The notes below the pieces were generated by a model that was given only the letters and a program-made list of their open reading frames with translations, did not search any database and was not told the origin of the DNA. Shown one piece after another: positions 8,001-14,825 of a stretch of 14,825 nt of DNA (its first letter is position 1; each line of letters starts with the position of its first letter). Source of the stretch: Gemmatimonadota bacterium (lineage in GTDB: Bacteria; Gemmatimonadota; Gemmatimonadetes; Longimicrobiales; RSA9); the NCBI GenBank assembly GCA_040905425.1, contig JBBDRO010000114.1, positions 1 through 14,825 on the forward strand. Direction: 5' to 3'. The position numbers were made by a program, and so were the translations under genes.

Positions 8001-8207
8001 CTACCCGCCCGTACCGGGCACGGTGATCTCGATGTTCACCTCGTCGGGCACCCCGCTGTCCCCCGCGCTGTCGCGCAGGAAGACCGCCCAGACAAGGATC
8101 ACCACCACGATCAGTACGAGCAGTCCCACGATCCATCCCGTGCTGCTGTTGCCGCCGCCGCCGCTCACCGGAGGTGGCTCCTGGTGTACGTGAACCTCGT
8201 CGTCCAT
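8001..8207 (-). CDS. Small single-pass membrane protein (68 aa)
   Basis: Strong SD GGTGAGG before the ATG at 8207. Transmembrane helix WIVGLLVLIVVVILVWAVFL and C-terminal VPDEVNIEITVP. Confidence 0.8.
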   Translation of the reverse strand: MDDEVHVHQEPPPVSGGGGNSSTGWIVGLLVLIVVVILVWAVFLRDSAGDSGVPDEVNIEITVPGTGG

Positions 8208-8407
8208 GGTCCTCACCGCATGCGGGTCAGCGCGCGCCCGCTTGACGCGCTGGAGGTGGGCTGTGCGCGATCCGTGCCAGTCCTCGCGGCGCCCCGGACC
8301 AGCGGTCGCGTCAGCGGCGCGCCGATGCCACGCTGGACCCCGATGCCTTCGGTGGCTTATTCTGAGCCATCACCCGGCCGATTCCCGCTGCCCGCTAGAG
8401 GTGCCCC

Positions 8408-9271
8408 ATGCTAGCGTCCCTGCGCCGCACGTCCCTGGTCACGGCCGTCGCGGTCCTCCTGCTGCCCGCGCCGCTGGCCGCCACCTGGTCCATCATTGCC
8501 GTGGACACGCGCACCGGCCTGGTGGTGATCGCTTCGGCCACCTGCGTCTCGGCCGAGGGGCTGCGCTCGCGCGGCGGGCTGATGAGCATCCAGGCCGTCC
8601 TGGTGCCCGGCATGGGCGTGGCGACCGCACAGGCGGGCGTGGACGGCACGCGCGCCAACCAGACGCTCATCTTCCAGGAGATGCGCAAGGGCACCGACCC
8701 GGACGAGATCCTGCGCATGCTTTCTGAGGATCCCCGCCTGCAGAGCCGCCAGTTCGGGATCGTGGACATGCGCGGCCGCATGACCGGCTTCTCGGGGGCC
8801 GGCAACGGCTACGCCTCCCTGGCGGTGCAGAGTGAGGTGCGCGGGGAGGGGATCTTCTTTGCCGTGCAGGGCAACATCCTGGAGTCCGATGACGTGGTGC
8901 TGGACGCCGTGGACGCCTTCCTGGCCGCGCAGGGCACCGTGCTGGACCGGGTGATGGCCGGCATGGAGGCCGCCGACAACGCCGGCGGGGACAGCCGCTG
9001 CAACTGTCGCACGGCGCCCGTCCCCGAGACGGAGGACCGCTGCCAGCACCGCACCGCCCAGGTGGCCTACCTGGCCGCCGCCCTGCCCCAGGACGCCACG
9101 AACGATACCCCGAGCGGCGGCGAATACGCGCTCTTCCTGGACGTGGATGACGAGAACATCCAGCCCGCCGAGAGCGCCAATCCCGTGCAGACGCTGCGCC
9201 TGCGCTACGACGCCTGGAAGGCCGGCGGCGGGTGGGCCGAGCTGACGGCCGCTGGCAGCGGCCCGTCGTGA
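8408..9271 (+). CDS. Exported DUF1028-family Ntn-hydrolase-like protein (287 aa)
   Basis: GAGGTG SD and signal peptide ending PLAA, then TWSIIAVD..TG.V.IASATC, GVATAQA, RQFGIVD, AVQGNIL and AGGDSRC motifs typical of DUF1028. Confidence 0.85.
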   Translation: MLASLRRTSLVTAVAVLLLPAPLAATWSIIAVDTRTGLVVIASATCVSAEGLRSRGGLMSIQAVLVPGMGVATAQAGVDGTRANQTLIFQEMRKGTDPDEILRMLSEDPRLQSRQFGIVDMRGRMTGFSGAGNGYASLAVQSEVRGEGIFFAVQGNILESDDVVLDAVDAFLAAQGTVLDRVMAGMEAADNAGGDSRCNCRTAPVPETEDRCQHRTAQVAYLAAALPQDATNDTPSGGEYALFLDVDDENIQPAESANPVQTLRLRYDAWKAGGGWAELTAAGSGPS

Positions 9272-9345
9272 GGCGCCGGCACTAGCTCAAGCGCCCTCTC
9301 GCGCCGCCGGCCGGAGGTCCCGTCCCCGGCGCCCCCCGCGCGGGC

Positions 9346-11232
9346 TCAGGAGGCCGGGCCAGCCCCGGCCTCCGGCCCATCCGGCCCCGTGAACTCCGCC
9401 GCTACCTCCAGGCGTCGGAGGCGCGCGCGCTTCTTGTCCTGATGCCCGCGCATGCGCGCGAAGATGCTCACCAGGGCGCGCACGGCGTCCACGATATGGG
9501 GCCCCTTGTTCAACATGACGCACTCGGCGCGCTCGCCCATGGCGGCGTCGGTGATCTCGGCGCGCGACGGGCGGCCCTTCTTGGCCAGCCCCTCCATGAC
9601 CTGCGTGGCCCACACCGCCGGGACGTGGGCGGCCTCGGCCAGCCACAGGATCTCCTCCTGCACCTCGGCCATGCGCACGAAGCCGCCCTCCACGGCCAGG
9701 TCCCCGCGCGCGATCATCACGCCCAGGGGGCCGCCGCGCAGCCCCTCGAGGAGCATGGCCGGGAGCTGCTGGAACGCCTTCACCGTCTCGATCTTGAGGA
9801 TGATGCCGAGCTCCTGGCCGCCCGCCCCCGCCAGCTCCTCGTGCAGGCGGCGCACGTCCTCGGCGCTGTGCACGAACGAGTAGCCGACCAGGTCCGCGTG
9901 GCGCGTGATGAAGGGGAGCAGCGCCAGGTCCTCCCGCGTCAGGGACGGGAGGGGGAGCACGGTGTCGGGCAGGTTGATGCCCTTCTCGGCCTTGAGCTTC
10001 TCACCCTTGGCCCGCGCGCCCGTGACCTCCACGGTGACCTCCTCCCCGGTCGCGCGCACCACGCCGCCGATCTTGCCGTCGTCGAACCAGATGCGATGGC
10101 CCTCGGCTACGGCGTCGAGCACTCCGGCGGGCAGGCAGGCAATGCGTGCGGGCTCGCGTTCGCCGGTTTCGGGATGGGTGCGCGCGGCCCGCGCATCGGC
10201 TGGATCACGCGTGAGTATCAGCAGATCGCGGGGGCGCAGGAGGAGGTGGCGCTTGCGCTGCGGCAGTGGCCCGACCCGGGCGCTCGCGCCGGCCTCCTTG
10301 CCCGCGCGCCGCTGCGAGACGGCCGTGCCCCCCAGGATGAATGACGCCGCGTCGAGCTCCGCCCACCGGCTCGCGCCCACCTCCTCCACCACCTCCAGGT
10401 GGCGCTTCTCTCCACGCGCGTCCGTGAAGTCGAGACGGTCACCCGTGGTCACGCCGGCCAGGAAGTCACCGGGCAGGGGCAGCGTGGCGCGCGGCTTCTC
10501 GGGCGCCTCTTCCAACGCCTCGGCGGGCGTCAGCCAGACGCGCGCCGGCCGCCGCGCCCGTCCGAGCGCATCCAGGCGTGGGGAGACGCGCGCGACCTCC
10601 GGGCCCGGGGGCAGCGGCCCCGTGCGCACGCGCGGGCCGGGCAGGTCCATGAGCACCCGGCAGGCGCGGCCCGTCTCCTCCACGGCCCGGTGCAGGTTGG
10701 CGATCATGCTCTCCCACGTGTCCGGGCCATCGTGGGCGCAGTTGATCCGCATGCAGTCCATACCCGCGGCCACCAGGTCCCGCACGAAGCCGTAGTCGTC
10801 GGCCGCCGCGGTGGGCATGGTGACCATGATGCGCACGGCGCGGTCCTCGGGGGCGGGACCGAAGAGCGCCTCGGTGCGGCGTACGAGCAGGGCGCTGGCG
10901 CGCGCCGGGCTGAGGGCGTCGCGCGGTTCGCGCCCCGCCTGCTCGGCGTGCAGGCGGCGCAGCACGCCCAGCACGGACTCGAGCGTCCACAGGACGTGGG
11001 ACTCCGCCCGTCCCAGCGAGGAGAGGCCGTGGCGCGTGAGCCGCTCCTGCAGTTCGCGCAGGTCACGGGAGCGCAGCGTGAGGTAGTGGAGCAGGTTGCG
11101 CGCGCTCTCGCGCGCATCGCCCGGAAGCGCCGCGAGGAGTTGCTCCCGCTCGGCCTCGCGCAACGCCAGCTCATGGCGCAGCCCGAGGAGCTGCTCGAAG
11201 AGTTCGGCGTAGTCATCCGGTGGGGCGCTCAC
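9346..11232 (-). CDS. pyk: Pyruvate kinase, atypical long form (628 aa)
   Basis: RIMVT, MRINCAHD, MDLPGPRVRTG, IWFDDGKI, EKGINLP, SFV, ILKIET, MIARGDLAVE, WATQVME, PSRAEITDA and CVMLNKG motifs. GTG start. Confidence 0.92.
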   Translation of the reverse strand: MSAPPDDYAELFEQLLGLRHELALREAEREQLLAALPGDARESARNLLHYLTLRSRDLRELQERLTRHGLSSLGRAESHVLWTLESVLGVLRRLHAEQAGREPRDALSPARASALLVRRTEALFGPAPEDRAVRIMVTMPTAAADDYGFVRDLVAAGMDCMRINCAHDGPDTWESMIANLHRAVEETGRACRVLMDLPGPRVRTGPLPPGPEVARVSPRLDALGRARRPARVWLTPAEALEEAPEKPRATLPLPGDFLAGVTTGDRLDFTDARGEKRHLEVVEEVGASRWAELDAASFILGGTAVSQRRAGKEAGASARVGPLPQRKRHLLLRPRDLLILTRDPADARAARTHPETGEREPARIACLPAGVLDAVAEGHRIWFDDGKIGGVVRATGEEVTVEVTGARAKGEKLKAEKGINLPDTVLPLPSLTREDLALLPFITRHADLVGYSFVHSAEDVRRLHEELAGAGGQELGIILKIETVKAFQQLPAMLLEGLRGGPLGVMIARGDLAVEGGFVRMAEVQEEILWLAEAAHVPAVWATQVMEGLAKKGRPSRAEITDAAMGERAECVMLNKGPHIVDAVRALVSIFARMRGHQDKKRARLRRLEVAAEFTGPDGPEAGAGPAS

Positions 11233-11382
11233 GGCGTCTTCCTCCGTCGGGGGTTCGTTGGCGGTGCAGTGTGCTCGGCGGGGAAGGGAGCCGCAAGAAG
11301 GGGGCGAGGGGGCCGCATGGTCAGCGGACCGCCGCCACCACCGCGTCCACCCGCCCCGCCACCGGCCGAGCGGCGTCCAGCG

Positions 11383-11416
11383 CCGGCTTGACTTCGGTTT
11401 TTATTCGGGTCATTCT
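11383..11416 (+). promoter_or_regulatory. dnaE2 promoter with candidate operator TTCGG-N6-TTCGG
   Basis: -35 TTGACT (11388-11393), 17 bp, -10-like CATTCT (11411-11416). TTCGG at 11393-11397 and 11404-11408. Matches the imuB upstream element. Confidence 0.7.
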
Positions 11417-11437
11417 TCCGTGTCCACCGGCCCTTGT

Positions 11438-11453
11438 AAGCGACGTCCCCGCG
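11438..11453 (+). repeat. Dispersed 16-bp repeat, copy 2 (dnaE2 5' leader)
   Basis: Exact AAGCGACGTCCCCGCG. Similarity to copy 3 extends over 11431-11464. Confidence 0.85.
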
Positions 11454-11512
11454 CCGCTCACCGGGCGCCTCCATCCACACTCGTCCACGCATCGTCCGAG
11501 GAAGAATCACCT

Positions 11513-14500
11513 GTGCCAGCCTTCGTCGAACTTCGCGCCCACTCCTGTTTCTCCTTCGGGGATGGCAGCGCCTCCCCGCAGGCGCTGGTCCGCCGCGCCG
11601 CGGAACTGGGCTATCCGGCGCTGGGGCTCACGGACAGCGCGGACCTGGGCGGCGCCATCCGCTTCACCCTGGAGGCCAACCAGGCGGGCATCAAGCCCAT
11701 CGTGGGCGCCGAGCTGCTGGTGGACGGCCATCCCACCGCCTTCCTGGCCCGCAACGCCGCCGGCTACCGCAACCTGGCCGCGCTGGTGACCCGGGCGCGG
11801 GTGGGGGATCTGCGGCGCTGGGAGGAGGGCGGTGGGGGAGAGGACGGGCAGCATACCAGTGGAATCCCATCCACTGACGGCCACGATAATACGTACATAC
11901 AGTCAGATGGGGAGAGACGCCGGATTCCGGCGGGCTGGGGTGAGCCTGTCTCGCTGACCCGGCCGGGCTCCGGCGGGGGGCGCTCCGGCGCCGGCCGCGC
12001 CGCCGCTTCCCCCGGCCTCCCGCCGCACGGCTCCCAGCCCCCCGCCCCCCGCACGCGCGACCTGCGCCGCCCCCGCGGACAGCCCGGCCTCACCTTCGAG
12101 GATCTCACCGTGCACGCGGAGGGGCTCTGGTGCCTCACCGGCCCGGCCACGGGGGAGATTGCCACCTATCTGCGCACCGGCCGCGCCGCGGACGCCGTCT
12201 ACCAGCTGGAGCGCTGGCGTGACCTCTTCGGCAGCAAGCTGGCCGTGGAGGTGCAGCTCCATCATGCCGGCGGCCACGAGGCGGCGCTGGCCGCCGAGCT
12301 GATCCAGCTGGCCGAGCGGAGCGGCCTGCCGTGGGTGGTGGCCAACGACCCGCGCTACCTGGACGGCGCCGGCCGCCTGGTGCATGACCTCCTGGTGGCC
12401 AACCGGGCCGATGTGACCGTGGACACGGCGGCCTCCTGGGGGTTGCTGCTGCCCAACGGCGAGTGGCGGCTCAAGTCCCCGCGGGAGATGGCGGTGCTGT
12501 GGCAGGGCAGGGAGCGCGGGTTGGAGGCCGCGGCCGCCGTCGCTTCCGACTGTGGCGCCTTCGACCTGCGCTGGCTGCGGCCCCCCATGCCCCGCTTCCA
12601 GGTCCCCGAGGGAGAGACGGACCACACGCACATGCGCGCCCTCACGTACGCGGGCGCGCGCGAGCGGTGGGGGGAGCTGGACGCCCGCCAGGAGGCGCAG
12701 CTGGAGCACGAGTTGGGCGTCATCGGCCGGCTGGGCTTCGACGGCTTCTTCCTGGTCATGTATGACGCCATACGTTTCGCTCGTGAGCGGGGGATCCTCT
12801 GCCAGGGGCGGGGCAGCGCCGCCAATTCAGCCGTGGCCTACTGCCTGGGCATCACGGCGGTGGACCCCGTGCGCCATGGCCTCCTCTTCGAGCGCTTCCT
12901 CTCCGAGGTGCGCACCGACGGCATGACCGAGGCGCCCGACATCGACGTGGACTTCGAGATGCACCGTCGCGAGGAGGTGCTCGACTACATGTATTCCCGT
13001 TATGACCGCTCGCAGGCGGCCATCACGGCGGTGCACCAGGAGTACCACGCCCCGAGCGCGCTGCAGGACTGCATGCGGGCGCTCGGCTATCAAGCGGAAC
13101 AGGCGTTTGCATTGTCCAAACGGATCCACGGCCTGGCGCCCAGTGAGGGTGCCGCCCGCCTGCGCGAGGGGCTGGCCGAGGCCCAGGGGCTGGACCTCAC
13201 CGAGCCGCGCGCCCGCGCCCTGCTGGCGGCGCTCGAGGGCCTGGACGACGTGGTGCGCATGCGCTCCACGCACCCCGGCGGCTTTGTCCTCTCGGACGGC
13301 CCGCTGGGCGCGTGGATGCCCATCGAGCACACCACCATGGGGCGCACCATCCTGCAGTTCGACAAGGATGACCTGGACGCCGCCGGCGTGCCCAAGTTCG
13401 ACTTCCTGGGACTCGGCGGCCTCTCCGCCGTGCACCTGGCCTTCGACGCCATCGAGCGCCGCACGGGAGAGTACAAAGAATTGTACAATATTCCCGTAGA
13501 TGACGCTGCCACCTACGATCTCATCCAGCGCGGGGAGACGGTGGGCACCTTCCAGATCGAGAGCCGCGCCCAGATCCAGTCCATCCTGCAGACGGAGCCC
13601 ACCCGCCTCTACGACATCGTGGTGCAGGTGGCGCTCATCCGCCCCGGCCCCATCCAGGCCCGCTTCGTCCACCCCTACACCGAGCGCCGCCTGGGTCGCG
13701 CGGAGGTCCACTACGAGGACCCCCGCCTGGAGCCCATCCTGCGCCGCACCTACGGCGTGCCCATCTTCCAGGAGCAGGCCATGGCCATCTCCATGGCGCT
13801 GGGCGGCTTCAGCGCCGCCGAGGCCGACGAACTGCGGCGCGCCATGGGCCACAAGCGCAAGCTTCCCCGATTGCACGCTGCGCTGGAGAATCTTCGGCTA
13901 CACATGGAGGCGAACGGCGTAAACGCCTCTGTAGCCGAACAAATAGTGGAGGATCTTCACTCTTTTGCCAACTACGGCTTCCCCGAATCGCACGCCTGGA
14001 GCTTTGCCCTCATCGCCTACGCCACGGCCTATCTGAAGGCCAACTACCCCGCGGAGTTCTACCTGGGGTTGCTGAACGCCTGGCCCATGGGCTTCTACCC
14101 GCCCGCCACGCTCGTGCACGACGCCCGCCGCCATGGGGTGAACGTCCTGGGGCCGTGCCTCAAGGTGGGCGCCTGGGACTGCACCATCGAACCCCTTCCA
14201 AGCGACGTCCCCGCGGCCGCCTCACCGGAGACACCGAGCGTGCGCGGCCTGGCTGAGCACCAGATCGCGCTCCGCGTGGGCTGGCGCCACATCCGCGGCC
14301 TGGGCGAGCGGGCGCGGCAGGCGCTGCAGGAGGCGCACGCGGCCGGGCCCTTTGCCAGTATCCAGGACGTGGTGCGCCGGGCCGGCCTGCAGCGGGCCGA
14401 AGCCCTCCACCTGGCGCGCGCCGGCGCCTTCGAGGCCTTTGCCCCCGGCCGCCGCAAGGCCGCCTGGGAGGCCCTCCGCGCCGCCGGCGACCTGCTGCCG

Positions 14501-14825
14501 CTGGCCCCCGCCCGCCACCTCCCCTTCGACCCGGCGGAGTTGGAGGGGGAGGAACTGGTCTTCCTGGACTACCTGGCCACCGGCATCAGCGTGCACGGCC
14601 ACCCCATGGACCACATGCGCGAACGCCTGGCCGCCGCCGGCGTCACCGACAGTCGCGGCCTGGAGGATCTACCGGGTGGCGCCCGCGTGGTGGTGGCGGG
14701 TCTGGTCGTGGCGCGCCAACACCCCGAGACGGCCAAAGGCACCGTCTTCGTCCTCCTGGAGGACGAGCACGGCTTCATGAACGTGATCGTGCCCGCCAAG
14801 CTCTACGAACGGAACCGCGAAGTGG
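11513..14825 (+). CDS. dnaE2: Error-prone DNA polymerase DnaE2/ImuC (3'-partial, runs off the window)
   Basis: Translated manually from GTG 11513 (GAGGAAG SD upstream): MPAFVELRAHSCFSFGDGSASP (degenerate PHP), GRGSAANS, FERFLS, PDIDVD, HPGG, KFDFLGL, GTFQIESRAQ, RPGP, YGFPESHA, PMGFY, and OB-fold GLVVARQHPETAKGTVFVLLEDEHG, in the same frame at all positions checked. Absent from the ORF track because there is no stop in the window. Confidence 0.95.
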   Translation, partial: MPAFVELRAHSCFSFGDGSASPQALVRRAAELGYPALGLTDSADLGGAIRFTLEANQAGIKPIVGAELLVDGHPTAFLARNAAGYRNLAALVTRARVGDLRRWEEGGGGEDGQHTSGIPSTDGHDNTYIQSDGERRRIPAGWGEPVSLTRPGSGGGRSGAGRAAASPGLPPHGSQPPAPRTRDLRRPRGQPGLTFEDLTVHAEGLWCLTGPATGEIATYLRTGRAADAVYQLERWRDLFGSKLAVEVQLHHAGGHEAALAAELIQLAERSGLPWVVANDPRYLDGAGRLVHDLLVANRADVTVDTAASWGLLLPNGEWRLKSPREMAVLWQGRERGLEAAAAVASDCGAFDLRWLRPPMPRFQVPEGETDHTHMRALTYAGARERWGELDARQEAQLEHELGVIGRLGFDGFFLVMYDAIRFARERGILCQGRGSAANSAVAYCLGITAVDPVRHGLLFERFLSEVRTDGMTEAPDIDVDFEMHRREEVLDYMYSRYDRSQAAITAVHQEYHAPSALQDCMRALGYQAEQAFALSKRIHGLAPSEGAARLREGLAEAQGLDLTEPRARALLAALEGLDDVVRMRSTHPGGFVLSDGPLGAWMPIEHTTMGRTILQFDKDDLDAAGVPKFDFLGLGGLSAVHLAFDAIERRTGEYKELYNIPVDDAATYDLIQRGETVGTFQIESRAQIQSILQTEPTRLYDIVVQVALIRPGPIQARFVHPYTERRLGRAEVHYEDPRLEPILRRTYGVPIFQEQAMAISMALGGFSAAEADELRRAMGHKRKLPRLHAALENLRLHMEANGVNASVAEQIVEDLHSFANYGFPESHAWSFALIAYATAYLKANYPAEFYLGLLNAWPMGFYPPATLVHDARRHGVNVLGPCLKVGAWDCTIEPLPSDVPAAASPETPSVRGLAEHQIALRVGWRHIRGLGERARQALQEAHAAGPFASIQDVVRRAGLQRAEALHLARAGAFEAFAPGRRKAAWEALRAAGDLLPLAPARHLPFDPAELEGEELVFLDYLATGISVHGHPMDHMRERLAAAGVTDSRGLEDLPGGARVVVAGLVVARQHPETAKGTVFVLLEDEHGFMNVIVPAKLYERNREV
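14200..14215 (+). repeat. Dispersed 16-bp repeat, copy 3 (in-frame within dnaE2)
   Basis: Exact AAGCGACGTCCCCGCG, encoding part of the loop PLPSDVPAAASPETP between CTIE and ALRVG. Confidence 0.85.

Noticed and set aside
6235..8136. 633-aa minus-strand ORF
   Set aside because: Antisense to the beta-barrel gene, which has an SD, a signal peptide and a terminal Phe.
8347..8364. CTTCGGTGGCTTATTCTG upstream of DUF1028 as a third operator copy
   Set aside because: The second half-site is TTCTG and is spaced 12 rather than 11 bp; more simply a -10 element (TATTCT).
11885..11905. TACATACAGT resembles half of an E. coli LexA box
   Set aside because: No CTGT half-site at the required spacing, and it lies inside coding sequence.
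11822..12073. Intein in DnaE2
   Set aside because: No N-terminal Cys/Ser block, no C-terminal His-Asn followed by Cys/Ser/Thr, and the sequence is low-complexity.
13880..13970. Locally lower-GC codon patches in dnaE2
   Set aside because: Short, in frame and encoding normal DnaE2 sequence; not enough to claim mosaicism without computation.
11220..14799. Many short ORFs suggesting a fragmented or frameshifted dnaE2 pseudogene
   Set aside because: The conserved motifs checked (11513, 11762, 12722, 14162) all fall in one frame; the gene is missing from the track only because its stop lies outside the window.

Overview
High-GC bacterial genomic window; the gene repertoire suggests Gemmatimonadota (inference only). 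It holds 10 CDSs: a predicted lipoprotein ending in an HFS motif, placed 3 bp upstream of a TPR + HD-GYP phosphodiesterase; imuB; a succinate-semialdehyde-dehydrogenase-like ALDH; a second lipoprotein; an Omp85-like beta-barrel with a bactofilin-like N-terminus; a small membrane protein; an exported DUF1028 Ntn-hydrolase-like protein; an atypical long pyruvate kinase; and dnaE2/imuC. dnaE2 is missing from the ORF track because it runs off the window end. Three observations stand out. (1) A candidate peptide-signalling module: an HF/S autoproteolytic lipoprotein could release the C-terminal octapeptide SRFIIIHN, next to a TPR/HD-GYP sensor-enzyme. (2) A split mutasome: imuB and dnaE2 lie about 7.5 kb apart, yet their promoters share a 22/26-identical element with a TTCGG-N6-TTCGG direct repeat, a candidate SOS operator. 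(3) A 16-bp sequence occurs three times in the same orientation: upstream of imuB, in the dnaE2 leader and in-frame inside dnaE2. No RNA genes, CRISPR arrays or transposases were seen. All family calls come from motif recognition by eye, not database searches.
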